Positions 21,122 through 30,976 of a stretch of 64,000 nt of DNA are shown one piece after another. The stretch comes from an uncultured delta proteobacterium (GTDB taxonomy: Bacteria > Desulfobacterota > Binatia > UBA9968), in the NCBI GenBank assembly GCA_963755715.1, contig CAVWLW010000073.1, positions 64,001-128,000 on the forward strand, given 5' to 3'. Below the pieces are notes generated by a model. It was not told where the DNA came from. It searched no databases and saw nothing but the letters and a program-made list of their open reading frames with translations. The position numbers and the translations under genes are program-made. Position 1 is the first letter of the stretch. The number at the start of each line of letters is the position of its first letter.

Positions 21122-22018
21122 CTAATCTTCTCTATCGCCGCTGAAATGTTCGAAATGCCCGTGTCTTTCCATGCGCAACAAAGCGATCTGCTCGGAGACC
21201 AAGCCGAGCATGAAAACGATCACGGCAGCGGTAAACATGAGCGCGGACATGTTGGTGAACCGGTGCTCGGTGAAGTAGGTATACGCGTAGTTCGACACGC
21301 CGGCCAGAAAAAACAAGATGCTGACCGGCAAAAACACCCGGAACGGCGAAAACAAGGTGGCGATTTTAGTGATGATCAGCAGAAAGCGGATGCCGTCGGT
21401 AACCAAGCTGATTTTACTCTGCCCGGCGCGGTAGAGCGTTTGAATCGGTATGTATTTTACAGTCAACCCCGAGCGTAAAAACGCCAGCGTGAGCGTCGTC
21501 GGATAGGAGAACGTGTTAGGCAACAAATCGATGAAGCGCAACGCATCGCGCCGCGAAAGCACGCGAAAGCCCGAAGTTAGATCCTGCACGTTAAATTTAG
21601 TGACGTACGACGCGAGCAAATTGTAAAGCAGGTTCGCCGCGTAGCGGTGGAATCTCAGCTTAGAGCCTTTGGCGCGGGCGCCGACGACCATGTGGTAGTT
21701 GGTCGCCTCGGCTAGTAAGTTGGGAATATCTTCCGGTTTGTGTTGGCCGTCTCCGTCCATCAGCACGATCAACTTTCCCCGCGCCGCGCGGATACCGCTC
21801 TTGATCGCGGCGCCGTTGCCGATGTTATACGGGTGTCGAACCACGCTGACGCCGGCGTTCAAGGCAATCTCGGCGCTGCCGTCGGCGGAGCCGTCATCGA
21901 CCACGATGATCTCCACTTGCGGCAGTTCGAGTGCTTGGACCTTGCCGAGCAGCGTCGCTAAAATTTCCGCTTCGTTAAAAACCGGAATAACGATCGAGAT
22001 AGCGCACCGGCTAGCCAT
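21122..22018 (-). CDS. Glycosyltransferase family 2 (DPM1/polyprenol-phosphate glycosyltransferase-like)
   Basis: SIVIPVFNE, VVDDGSAD, LMDGDGQH, DLTSGFR, two C-terminal TM helices. Confidence 0.92.
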   Translation of the reverse strand: MASRCAISIVIPVFNEAEILATLLGKVQALELPQVEIIVVDDGSADGSAEIALNAGVSVVRHPYNIGNGAAIKSGIRAARGKLIVLMDGDGQHKPEDIPNLLAEATNYHMVVGARAKGSKLRFHRYAANLLYNLLASYVTKFNVQDLTSGFRVLSRRDALRFIDLLPNTFSYPTTLTLAFLRSGLTVKYIPIQTLYRAGQSKISLVTDGIRFLLIITKIATLFSPFRVFLPVSILFFLAGVSNYAYTYFTEHRFTNMSALMFTAAVIVFMLGLVSEQIALLRMERHGHFEHFSGDRED

Positions 22019-23792
22019 GAATTTGATAGACGGCGTGATTACGGTCGCGAAAGCTCAAGGTGAGCCGGCTCTCGGCGAATCGATTCCACACTTCCCCTTG
22101 CTTGGGCGTCAAATTGTGCGCTAGAAAATCTGTCAGAAGATCCTCGCGGACCATGAGATGGGTAATGTCTTTGCGTTTTAGCTCTTGTTCGATTTGATCG
22201 GCGCTTTCAGCTCCGCGAATCGCCGCCAGCAGATATCCCGGCAACTCGCCGCCGTCATGAAAATAATCTCGCTCGCAATAATACGCTCTCCGGCCGATAA
22301 AGAGAAGATAAATTTTCGCCTTCGGCGGCGTGCTCTTGGCAATGTACTGGAATGAAGTGTACTCGGGGAGCATGCGAGCCAGATAAGCGTCGCGACTGAC
22401 GGCGCCCGAAAGATAGCCGAGCGGCGCCGCTTCCCGAAAATATTTCCCTAGATAAATGCCATGCCAGCCCGCGAAGAACATTAGCGCCGCGAATAAATAA
22501 ACGGGACGCTTAATGCGCAGGTAAAGATTGAAAACGCCGTAAACCGCCAGGATCACCAACGGCGGGACGATGGAGAGAATATAACGAATGCGCATGTCGA
22601 CGAGAAATAATGCGTAGGCGAGAAACAGCAGCGCGAAGCCCGCCAGCAGTTTTTTCTCCTCCAGCCATTTGCCTTTAAATGCCCATGGTAAAAAGACGAT
22701 CAAGATCGGCGTCAGCACGCCGTCGAACAATTGCGGATTGTCGTCCTGCCCGGAAAAAAATACGCGCAAAGGCAAGCCGAAAAGCTGCCAGAAATTTTCG
22801 CCATAGAATAGTTCCCTTTTTGCGAATATGCCCAGCGCACCGTAACCTGCGCCGCCGCTTTGCGCCCGCGCGCCGAACGAGAACCAGCCGCCCAATAACG
22901 GGTAAAATGGATTGCCGGTCTGAAACCAATTTTTTACGAGCCACGGCAAAAACGGCAACAGCGTCAAGCCGCCGAATAGAAGCAGCTCGCCACCCATCGC
23001 GCCAAGACGCTTACGCGGCGGCTTCGCGACGACGAGTAGAAACATCGAACCGATCAGTAGCGCGGCCACCAACCCATTGGGTTTGGTGGCTAGAGCAAAA
23101 CCCAGCGAAATTCCGGTCAGAGCTAGCCAACGGAGTTGGTTTCTTTCCTCGCGCCACCGCAGCAGACACAAAAGCGACGCCGTCGTGTAGAAAGTAATTC
23201 CAAGATCGATGTAACCCCAGTGACTCAGCCGCGCGATGACCGGCATCGACAAATAAATGAAACAGCCAAGCAAGCCGTACACGAGATTCATACGCCGGCT
23301 CAAATAGGCGTATAAAAGCAAACCCGTGAGTAAGGCGAAAAGTCCGTGAATCAATTTCGGAACGAAATCATATCCCCAATAAACCCACGGGGTATAGAGC
23401 ATATCGAGCAGCATCGGATAGTAGGCGTAGGGCGCCATCGGCACTTCGACAATCCGACCGGCATTGGCATAGAGCTTTGGAATCGCCAGGTGATGTGTGA
23501 GTTCATCGCGACTCGTAGGCGGCAGCAGACCGAGCAGGACTTCGAATACGACAAGAAAGAAGACCGCCGCCCAAAGGATCCAGCCAACCCAGTTTGTCTG
23601 CCGTGGAATAGCGAGGAAATTTACAACAAAGAAAATGGCACCGAGAAGGAAGACCAGAGCGACGCTCAAGTTCAGTAAAGGATGGTGAACGTATCCCAAC
23701 AACCCGAAAAGAAAATAGACAGTGGCGCTGGCACCGAGCAAACAGCCGACCCAAACGGTGCGCGATAACAGAATCGAAGCGCGTTCTTCCAT
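22011..23792 (-). CDS. Polytopic membrane protein, GT-C/ArnT-like glycosyltransferase
   Basis: RDELTHHLAIPK, GYIDLG, ATKPNG, NWFQTGNPFYP, RYILS; more than 10 TM segments. Confidence 0.75.
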   Translation of the reverse strand: MEERASILLSRTVWVGCLLGASATVYFLFGLLGYVHHPLLNLSVALVFLLGAIFFVVNFLAIPRQTNWVGWILWAAVFFLVVFEVLLGLLPPTSRDELTHHLAIPKLYANAGRIVEVPMAPYAYYPMLLDMLYTPWVYWGYDFVPKLIHGLFALLTGLLLYAYLSRRMNLVYGLLGCFIYLSMPVIARLSHWGYIDLGITFYTTASLLCLLRWREERNQLRWLALTGISLGFALATKPNGLVAALLIGSMFLLVVAKPPRKRLGAMGGELLLFGGLTLLPFLPWLVKNWFQTGNPFYPLLGGWFSFGARAQSGGAGYGALGIFAKRELFYGENFWQLFGLPLRVFFSGQDDNPQLFDGVLTPILIVFLPWAFKGKWLEEKKLLAGFALLFLAYALFLVDMRIRYILSIVPPLVILAVYGVFNLYLRIKRPVYLFAALMFFAGWHGIYLGKYFREAAPLGYLSGAVSRDAYLARMLPEYTSFQYIAKSTPPKAKIYLLFIGRRAYYCERDYFHDGGELPGYLLAAIRGAESADQIEQELKRKDITHLMVREDLLTDFLAHNLTPKQGEVWNRFAESRLTLSFRDRNHAVYQIHG

Positions 23793-24022
23793 CAGGCTTC
23801 GCGGACGCGCGGCGCGAATCTCGACGTGGTCACGTTACAAAAAGTGCGCAATGTGCCGCCGGGCAGCAAATGAAATAGTTGAATGATCGGCAATTTAGAA
23901 AATGGAAGCAAAATGGGCTTTGCAGGTGTGATTTCCGTTCGGGCGCGAGCGCTGCACCCCAACGGCTTCCGCCAACGCGCTTGAGCTCGATAGTCGAATA
24001 ATCGCGTCGCCTTCCGATCGGC

Positions 24023-24271
24023 TCAATCGGTTTTGTCGATGACCGCAACCACGGCGCCAAACTTAATGAAGTCGCCCTCCCGGGCGCTGATTTCCAACAA
24101 TTCGCCGTTGTCCGGCGCTTCGATCTCGACGTTGACTTTGTCGGTTTCTACTTCAAGCAGCGCCTCGCCCTTCCGCACTTTGTCGCCTTGGTTTTTTATC
24201 CAGCGCAGGATCCTCACTTCATCACTCTCATCGCTCGACCCCAAGCGCGGGATGACGACATCCTTTTTCAT
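24023..24271 (-). CDS. Stand-alone lipoyl/biotinyl-carrier domain protein
   Basis: 82 aa with LEVETDKVNVEIEAP (lipoyl-lysine DK motif). Confidence 0.85.
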   Translation of the reverse strand: MKKDVVIPRLGSSDESDEVRILRWIKNQGDKVRKGEALLEVETDKVNVEIEAPDNGELLEISAREGDFIKFGAVVAVIDKTD

Positions 24272-24289
24272 CGCCGAACCGAAAGCCGC

Positions 24290-24889
24290 CTAAAGCGACT
24301 GAGCCTCGAAGCTGTCCGCGAGCGATTTGAGTTTCAGCGTCTGGCGCATGTTTTCCAGGAAAGCGTTGACGTTTTTGTACTTGGCCGGGATCTCGTACTT
24401 CACCGTGGCACAGAGATAATGCAACTGAGAAAAGATGGCCGCATCGGCGATGGTCAGCCGGTCAAAGATGAATTTCTTGCCGGTATAAATCTGCTCGAGG
24501 GTGTTAAAATGAGCGTCCCATTCTGCTTCCGCTTTTTGCCGCGCCTCCGGTGTTTCGGCCCGGCGCATCGCGTGGTTGGCATGGATCAGGACTTCGTCGG
24601 ACCAATCTTCCAGCGCCAAACAAAGCCCTTTGTTCGCAGCGCCGTCGGGATAAATGCTGTTCGCCGGATGATCTTTCTCCAGACGCGCAGAAATCACGGT
24701 CGAGTCGATGATGCATTCGCCGTTATAATCCGTCGACGGAACTTTTCGTTGGCCGGTGTACTCGAGCAAAGACTTGCGCTCGTCTTTGCGCACGTCGACG
24801 ATCTCATAGGGAACCTTTTTCATCGCGAACACGATGCGAACCTTCTCACAAAACATGGAAGTTTGAGATTGAAAAAGCCTGATAGCCAT
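24290..24889 (-). CDS. Glutathione S-transferase family protein
   Basis: SMFCEKVRIV, GQRKVP, IIDSTVI, LTIADAAIF. Confidence 0.85.
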   Translation of the reverse strand: MAIRLFQSQTSMFCEKVRIVFAMKKVPYEIVDVRKDERKSLLEYTGQRKVPSTDYNGECIIDSTVISARLEKDHPANSIYPDGAANKGLCLALEDWSDEVLIHANHAMRRAETPEARQKAEAEWDAHFNTLEQIYTGKKFIFDRLTIADAAIFSQLHYLCATVKYEIPAKYKNVNAFLENMRQTLKLKSLADSFEAQSL

Positions 24890-25016
24890 TGTTTATTCCT
24901 CCTTCGCCCTGTCATTTCAGTTTAAGACTCTTCGCCAATCGAACAAGAAGCAGATTTCGATTAGTAACCCATGCACGAAATTCGCTAAATTCTCAAGCCC
25001 GTTTGCGTACCCGTTA

Positions 25017-25045
25017 TTGACCTTAGTTCGCTTCATGAGTATCCT
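25017..25045 (+). promoter_or_regulatory. Sigma70-type promoter
   Basis: TTGACC-N17-TATCCT upstream of the 25136 ORF. Confidence 0.5.
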
Positions 25046-25135
25046 TTCCTCACTCTAAAGGGGGAAAGCTTTGAGGAAGCGGCGCGTGTCAAAGACCACC
25101 GCTCGGTTCGAATCTCACGATTTCGGAAGGAAACA

Positions 25136-25348
25136 ATGGCAAAGTATCTACAGTGTAGCGAGTGCGGCAAACTAGCCTTTTACTACGACGACTTCGTCGG
25201 CACGGAGAAGCCCTTCTATCGGCGTTTCATGCGTTATCCGGAAGGGGAAACCAAGCATGAGCCGCCGCGTTGCTTCAGCTGCGGCGCCGTGCCGCGGCTA
25301 ATCCATGAAAACATCAAGGAAGAAAAAGCAGCGGCGGCAAAGCATTGA
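25136..25348 (+). CDS. Small putative zinc-ribbon protein
   Basis: CSECG and CFSCG pairs; GAAGGAAAC RBS before the ATG. Confidence 0.6.
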   Translation: MAKYLQCSECGKLAFYYDDFVGTEKPFYRRFMRYPEGETKHEPPRCFSCGAVPRLIHENIKEEKAAAAKH

Positions 25349-25446
25349 TTCAACCGATGCTGCGCTCGAACGTCGAGATCAGCGCGGCTGAAAACCCGTC
25401 TCGTCCCAATAAGCGACATCGAACCTGCACAGTCTGCAAAATTTAT

Positions 25447-25764
25447 CTAGCGTCCAGCAGCCAGCGCTTCGAGATGCTCTTGCACAACTGCTTCGGGACA
25501 TAGGCGAAGAAAGAGCTTCAGACCCCCCAGGATGACGGCGAGGTCGTCCAACTGTCCGACACCGAATAGAAAATCCGGCACCAGGTCCGTCGGCAAGGCA
25601 ACATAAGCGAGTATTCCCATAAGCACGAGCTTGGGGCCGAGAGAAACGCGCGGATCAATTGCCAAACGGCCAAAGAGTTTCAGAAACTTGGGAAAGTGCA
25701 CGAGCAGCCGCAGAAAGCCGCCCCAGCCGAGTTTCTTAACCAAACCTTTCGTGCTCAGTGCCAT
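25447..25764 (-). CDS. DUF1232/YkvA family membrane protein
   Basis: DPRV, YVALPTDLVPDFLFGVGQLDD. Confidence 0.88.
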   Translation of the reverse strand: MALSTKGLVKKLGWGGFLRLLVHFPKFLKLFGRLAIDPRVSLGPKLVLMGILAYVALPTDLVPDFLFGVGQLDDLAVILGGLKLFLRLCPEAVVQEHLEALAAGR

Positions 25765-25840
25765 GATCGACGTGTGGCCAGGCCGAAGTCGAAAATATCT
25801 CTTGAGCCGGGCCCATCGGCCGTTCGAGATTCATCGGCGT

Positions 25841-27034
25841 TCAGTGCTTTTCGATAACACTCGACGCGGATGCCCGTGAAAACAACGCGACGAAGCCGTC
25901 GCGCACGTCTTTTTTCACCAGCACCAGACCCACTGCCAGGACAACGTACAAAAACGAATAGTAGAACCGAAATTGCGGATCGGGAAAGAGCAACTGGGTC
26001 CAGAACAGCACAAAAACTATCAGTGCTTCGAGCAAGGAGAATGAAAGATTTGCCAAAACCGCCACAGCGAAGATGGACTGCGCGGCGGTCAAAAACATCT
26101 CCTCGACCTGACGCGCATCCATGTGCATGCCACCGGCGCTCTCCGCAGAAACCGCATAAACGATCGGCAGCATGCCGATCAACAGCGTCCATTGATTGAC
26201 CTTCGATGACAGGAGCGCGCCCATGCTGGTACCGGGCTGGCCCTTGAGCGCGAATAGAATCGCGACGATGAATTCCGGTGACTCAGAAGCCAGAGGTGCC
26301 AACCACTGAACCAAAATAAATTCCTCTATGCCGAAAGTCCTTCCCGTCGCCAAAAGCCCTTCCGCGAATGGCTCCGCTGCCGTGAAGATAGTAAAACCGG
26401 AGAGCAGAAAAAAACTAACCGTCCACGCCCGCCGCGGCCTTGTCCCCCAACTTTCGATCATTGCGGCCGGACCCTCCAGTTCCGGCTCGACGTGTTCCGC
26501 CTTCGAGGCAGCGCGCATGTAGAAAACAAAGATCATGATAAGCGCGACTGCGTCGATGAGATCAAGCTGTCCCTTTAAGGGAATAAGAAATGAATAAAGC
26601 GTCGCCAATGCGAGGTAAAACAGTTCAATCTTATGGCTCGGCTCGAGCTCGACCGCTTTTTTGCCGGACTTCAGCCAGTAGGTAATCACGACGGCTGCCC
26701 AACCCACGCCGATCAATAATCGGTTGGCGCCGGTCATGTTCGCAGTCGCAAAAGCGGTGTACTTAGGATCTTTTCCCGCCGACCAGGCAAAGTACATGTC
26801 GACGGCGTATTCCGGTAAAACTGCAATGAGAGCGAGCAGTGCGATGGCCAGTGCCTGGGGAATATCCTTTTGGGAAAGCTCCGCTGCCCAGGACAATAAG
26901 AACGCCGCGCCGAAGATCGCGACTCCAGAGCTCAACGCTTCAAATTGCGGGGTCAGATGAATGCCGGCGAAATGGATCGCGATCCATTGAAGACAAAGCA
27001 AAATCGATGAGCCGATCCAAAGCCAGTTCGTCAT
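25841..27034 (-). CDS. Sodium:calcium (cation) exchanger family protein
   Basis: Repeat motifs [16 protein letters not shown] and [17 protein letters not shown]; about 11 TM segments; GGAGGG RBS. Confidence 0.85.
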   Translation of the reverse strand: MTNWLWIGSSILLCLQWIAIHFAGIHLTPQFEALSSGVAIFGAAFLLSWAAELSQKDIPQALAIALLALIAVLPEYAVDMYFAWSAGKDPKYTAFATANMTGANRLLIGVGWAAVVITYWLKSGKKAVELEPSHKIELFYLALATLYSFLIPLKGQLDLIDAVALIMIFVFYMRAASKAEHVEPELEGPAAMIESWGTRPRRAWTVSFFLLSGFTIFTAAEPFAEGLLATGRTFGIEEFILVQWLAPLASESPEFIVAILFALKGQPGTSMGALLSSKVNQWTLLIGMLPIVYAVSAESAGGMHMDARQVEEMFLTAAQSIFAVAVLANLSFSLLEALIVFVLFWTQLLFPDPQFRFYYSFLYVVLAVGLVLVKKDVRDGFVALFSRASASSVIEKH

Positions 27035-27121
27035 TCCGTCCCTCCACACTTCTGTGATGTGCCCGCACAATAACTCCCGTCCCTATTTTCATAGGCAATT
27101 GTTTAAGTCAATGACGCAAAT

Positions 27122-27148
27122 AAAAAAGAGCGGGTTGATTACCCGCCC
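27122..27148 (-). terminator. Intrinsic terminator
   Basis: Minus strand GGGCGGGT-AATCA-ACCCGCTC followed by TTTTTT. The G-U pair forms only on the minus strand. Confidence 0.75.
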
Positions 27149-27157
27149 TGGTAAAAT

Positions 27158-27390
27158 TGATGGAGGCAGCGGCACAGTGTAAAGAACCTGTGTTTACCTT
27201 TTCGTTCCGCTTACCCTAGCCGGCATCGGAAGGGCCGCGGCGGGCCGAGCGTCTGATCGCTAGAACCTGATAGAAGCATTCATAGCTGGAAACCTGCTGG
27301 AAACGCTGGCGTGACCGCAGCTATTTTTTGACGCAAATAACGCTCAATAGGTCGAGCCACAGAGAGGCGTGCAGCACGACGTGGCACCCC
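27158..27390 (-). ncRNA. Candidate structured RNA (unclassified; some tmRNA-like features)
   Basis: Several stems (TAGCTG/CAGCTA, CTAGC/GCTAG, CACAG/CTGTG, GCGG/CCGC); ends GCCTCCA directly before a terminator. Confidence 0.3.
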
Positions 27391-27668
27391 AGTCATCGAT
27401 CAAAAGGAGAAATTTATTCGATCCGGCCGTCACAGATTGTTTTCCGGCGTTATCGAATCCCTTACACGCCGACGCGCAGACGTTCCAAATCTTGTTTCTA
27501 GGAAAACTTTGGAACCGTGCTGCCGCGACTAGAATTCTTGCGATTCACTCAATAGCAAGGGTATTGAACCGCGAAAATGTAGCGAGTACGTAAGGGGCCA
27601 GTTAGGCGTGACTGGACCCAGCAAGAGCTCGCGCATGGCGAGGATGATGGCGGAGTTGTCGCCTTTAA

Positions 27669-28079
27669 TCATTGCCGTTCGCCTTGATCAGCGTTGTGGT
27701 GTTTGCGCTTTCCCTCGTCGGCATCGGCCGATGGCGCGCCCTCATCCAGCCAATTTTTGAACTCATGGAGCGAGTGCGCAAGGCGCCACTCTTCAAAAAT
27801 GGCGCGGGCCATGGCGGATACGGCTCCGGCCGATTCCGGCGCGCACGCCAGAGCGCATTGGAGCAACCATTCCTCGAAGGCTTCCGGGTTCGGATCGTCT
27901 TGCACCGCGCGCTGGAGCAAATCCCGCTTGATCGCCAGCCCGATGCCGTCCGGCGTTTGGTCGCGCTTGCGGTTGCGCCGGCGTCCCTCGGCCGCTTCGA
28001 GCGCGGCGAGTAACGCTCCGCAGATTTCCGCGGGCCGAACCGACGGTGGATACAAAGGAGACACTACGACCAACTCCAA
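27669..28079 (-). CDS. Hypothetical protein, last gene of the fdh operon
   Basis: Overlaps the fdhE stop; ALEAAEGRRRNRKRDQTPDGIGL..., ends GAPSADA. Confidence 0.65.
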   Translation of the reverse strand: MELVVVSPLYPPSVRPAEICGALLAALEAAEGRRRNRKRDQTPDGIGLAIKRDLLQRAVQDDPNPEAFEEWLLQCALACAPESAGAVSAMARAIFEEWRLAHSLHEFKNWLDEGAPSADADEGKRKHHNADQGERQ

Positions 28080-28951
28080 GCAAAAAAGGACGGCTTCGGC
28101 ATTGCTTTGCCGACGACGATAACATCCAACGCGTAGCCGGCTCCGTCGGGGCGTTTGTACCCTTGCTGCATCGCCGCGATATCCAAATCGACGCTGGCGA
28201 GATCATCGATCATGACCTTGGCAGGCGGACTGCCCTGAAGCGTCGTAAAGGTTTTCACGTAGCCGAGACAGCGCTTGCACGCGTCGATCACCGAGTTCGA
28301 GCCACTTTTTTCAGGCACCAGCGAGACAAGCTCGTTATGGTCGGTCATGCCGCAGTAAGGACAGAACAAGGCTCGAGCTTGCCACTCGCTGCCGCAGCGG
28401 CCGCAGCGGAAATATCGGCTTCGTTCGATCCCTCGCACTTCGGAAAACGCCGGCCAGGCGCCGCAGACCGGACAATACCCCTCCGTCCAGCTCGGAGATT
28501 TCGATGCTGCCCATCGCCGATTGCACGCGTGCAACAAGGGGACGGGCAAGAGTGTTGCAACCGCTTGGAACGCCTCCGCATCTGCACCGAGATACGCGGC
28601 AATGTCCTTAAGGCGATCGCGATCCTGGCAAAGTGAAGCTTTGAACAAGCTCAACAGGTCTAAATCTCTATGTAGTGCCGGTTCCAAGCTGGCCATCGCC
28701 GGTGTCCCACTGCGATGGGCGATCAAAATCAGCTTTTCCAACAGCCGATGAATGGCACGTCGCTCTAAAGTCAGGGTGATACCCGCTAGCAGCGGAACCT
28801 TGCTTTGCTGTGATTCGCTACGGATGGGGACGAGTGAATCCCACTCAGGATTGATGGACTCGCTTAGGACTTCCTGAACTACGGCGAGCCACGGTTCCCA
28901 CTCTGGGTGCCGGCGTCTGAGATCCTGCAGGCCAGTCTCAATTGCCGTCAT
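28064..28951 (-). CDS. fdhE: Formate dehydrogenase accessory protein FdhE
   Basis: CPVCG, RCGRCGSEW, CPYCG, CKRCLGYVK, DDLASVDLD. Confidence 0.9.
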   Translation of the reverse strand: MTAIETGLQDLRRRHPEWEPWLAVVQEVLSESINPEWDSLVPIRSESQQSKVPLLAGITLTLERRAIHRLLEKLILIAHRSGTPAMASLEPALHRDLDLLSLFKASLCQDRDRLKDIAAYLGADAEAFQAVATLLPVPLLHACNRRWAASKSPSWTEGYCPVCGAWPAFSEVRGIERSRYFRCGRCGSEWQARALFCPYCGMTDHNELVSLVPEKSGSNSVIDACKRCLGYVKTFTTLQGSPPAKVMIDDLASVDLDIAAMQQGYKRPDGAGYALDVIVVGKAMPKPSFFAWSWS

Positions 28952-29181
28952 TTGCGGCTGAGGTCGTTGGCCTGACTGGCGGGAGCCAAAGAAGGATGCT
29001 TGGTGGGAATGATTTTGGGAGTATTTTCAAACGGTCTTGAGCCTTCGTGCATCTGCACAAATTTAGCTCGGTTGCCGACGTCGGCTCCCGGTCCGCCACC
29101 GCGGGTCCGTGCCGTCTCCGGGCTCGTACAGGCAGCGACGTAGAACAAAAGCGCGACGGGGATGATCACCGACAGGCTCAT
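28948..29181 (-). CDS. Small putative lipoprotein in the fdh operon
   Basis: MSLSVIIPVALLFYVAAC lipobox, AAGGAG RBS, ATGA overlap with fdhE. Confidence 0.65.
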   Translation of the reverse strand: MSLSVIIPVALLFYVAACTSPETARTRGGGPGADVGNRAKFVQMHEGSRPFENTPKIIPTKHPSLAPASQANDLSRK

Positions 29182-29182
29182 G

Positions 29183-30088
29183 TCAGACTCCTTGCGCCGA
29201 GAAGACGATGACCAGGCGAAGAATGAAGCCGCCAATCAGAACCAATGCCGCTGCCGTGATGACGTTGCGATCGCCGAGCCATTGCCTGCGCCAGTAGAGA
29301 GCCAAAGGAATCAGCATGCCGATAACGATGACGCCGAAAAAAAGCAACAGGCCCCAAGCGCTAAACCAGGCACGAAATACCGGCCCTAGCGATATCATCA
29401 CCGCGATCAAAACAACAAACTCCAACGCGATCACCCAGGCGTCGACGCGGTGCAGCGCCGCCAACCCGGGCATTGTCCACCGGTATCTTCTTGCAAAGAG
29501 AATCATCGACGCCGCTGATATGGATGCGGCCGAAACGATAAACAGCATGCCGAGCAGAGGCGTGTCCGACCAGATGGGGCGGTTGGTCACCGCAAGTAGC
29601 ACTCCGGTGTAGCCGGCGACGTAAAAGCCAAAAAGCCCACCGACCATGGCAATCACTTTGCTCAGCGTTCCCGGGGGACGAAATTTCCGCCCCGCTGGCC
29701 ATGCCAATTGATTGTCTTCAACGAGCGCTGCCAGAAAAGATATAAAAGCAAATATTCCAAAAATCAAAAGCGCCCACGCGCCAACCGACATGGGAGACCA
29801 GAATTTAAACATCGGTTGAAAAGTGTTCGACTCGATCAACATGTGCCAGAAACGCAGCGGCCGAGTCAGATCAAGAATCAAGAGCAGCGCGCTCACAATC
29901 ACGCAGGGAAACGCTATGTAGTAACCCAGGCGGGCGAGAGGACGATCCTCCGGCCGGCCCACTAGATCGATGAGCGAAGCGAGAAAATAGCATCCGCCGG
30001 CGAGGCTTCCGAAAAAAAAGTATAAGACAATTAGCCAACCCCAGTCCGGCGGCGCGCTAAAAAATGTACTCGAAGGAATCCCGTTCAT
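29183..30088 (-). CDS. nrfD: NrfD/PsrC-family membrane anchor subunit
   Basis: WGWLIVLYFFFG, LDLTRPLRFWHM, SPMSVGAW, YTGVLLA, RPIW. Confidence 0.88.
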   Translation of the reverse strand: MNGIPSSTFFSAPPDWGWLIVLYFFFGSLAGGCYFLASLIDLVGRPEDRPLARLGYYIAFPCVIVSALLLILDLTRPLRFWHMLIESNTFQPMFKFWSPMSVGAWALLIFGIFAFISFLAALVEDNQLAWPAGRKFRPPGTLSKVIAMVGGLFGFYVAGYTGVLLAVTNRPIWSDTPLLGMLFIVSAASISAASMILFARRYRWTMPGLAALHRVDAWVIALEFVVLIAVMISLGPVFRAWFSAWGLLLFFGVIVIGMLIPLALYWRRQWLGDRNVITAAALVLIGGFILRLVIVFSAQGV

Positions 30089-30890
30089 AACCGAGCCTCC
30101 TCGCGCTCCGCTGCGCCGCGGTTGCGAAAATTGAAGATACCGATCAAGCCGACCAGGACAGCGCGCCCAAGAATGGAGAACATCGTAGCCGGATGTCAGA
30201 TTGCGCGTGGGCATCTTGGGATCAGGCGGCAAGCCGTAGACTTCCGGTTTGTCCACCAGCAAGTAAAAGGAATTCAGTCCGCCGAGCATTTTTTCATCCG
30301 CGCCGTAAAGGTACGCTCTTTTTTCGCCGACCTGGTGCAGTTGCTCGACCCGCTTTTGTGCTCTTCCTTTCAGCTCGCTGATTGTCCCGAACTGGATTGA
30401 GTTGGGTCGGGCAGGCCTTCGAGCAGGCAGGCTCCAACCCGCCCTGCATCCGATCATAACAGAGCGTGCACTTCTGCGCGGTCCCTGAGACCGGGTTAAT
30501 TTCAATCACTCCAAAAGGGCAGGCCGAAATACAGTCTCGGCAGCCATTGCACGCGTCCGATTGAATCACGACCGTATCGAATTCGGTGCGAACGATCGCG
30601 CCGGTTGGACAAACTTCGAGGCAGGCCGCCTGAACGCAGTGCTTGCATACATCGCTCATCAGCAGCCAGCGGCCGTCTTTGCGGTCTTCGGTGAACTGCT
30701 CGATGAATTTCACATGGCGCCAGTGGATGCCGTCGAGCCGGCGCGTGTTGTCATAGCTGTCGCCGCTCAAGGTGTTGACGCCGCCGTTAGTGCTGGGAAG
30801 CTGATTCCATTCTTTGCAGGCGACTTCGCACGCTTTGCAGCCGATGCAGACCGTGGTGTCGGTGTAGAAGCCCATCGGTTCGGCCATCAT
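30085..30890 (-). CDS. fdhB: Formate dehydrogenase Fe-S beta subunit (frameshifts ~30400, ~30190)
   Basis: CIGCKACEVAC, CKHCVQAACLEVCP, CNGCRDCISACP, KCTLC. Confidence 0.88.
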
Positions 30891-30906
30891 TCACCTCAAT
30901 CCATTT

Positions 30907-30975
30907 AGTCCTGAGTAATGAGTGCTGAGGACTGAGGTCGCAAACTCAGTCCTCATAGCTCAGTCCTCAGTCCTG
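30907..30975. repeat. Heptamer tandem/inverted repeat (AGGACTG / CTCAGTC units) forming an intergenic hairpin
   Basis: agtcctg agtaatg agtgctg aggactg ... ctcagtc ctcatag ctcagtc ctcagtc. Confidence 0.7.
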
Positions 30976-30976
30976 C

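Noticed and set aside
25100-25125. GGTTCGAATC as a tRNA gene
   Set aside because: No cloverleaf, T-stem or acceptor stem can be built.
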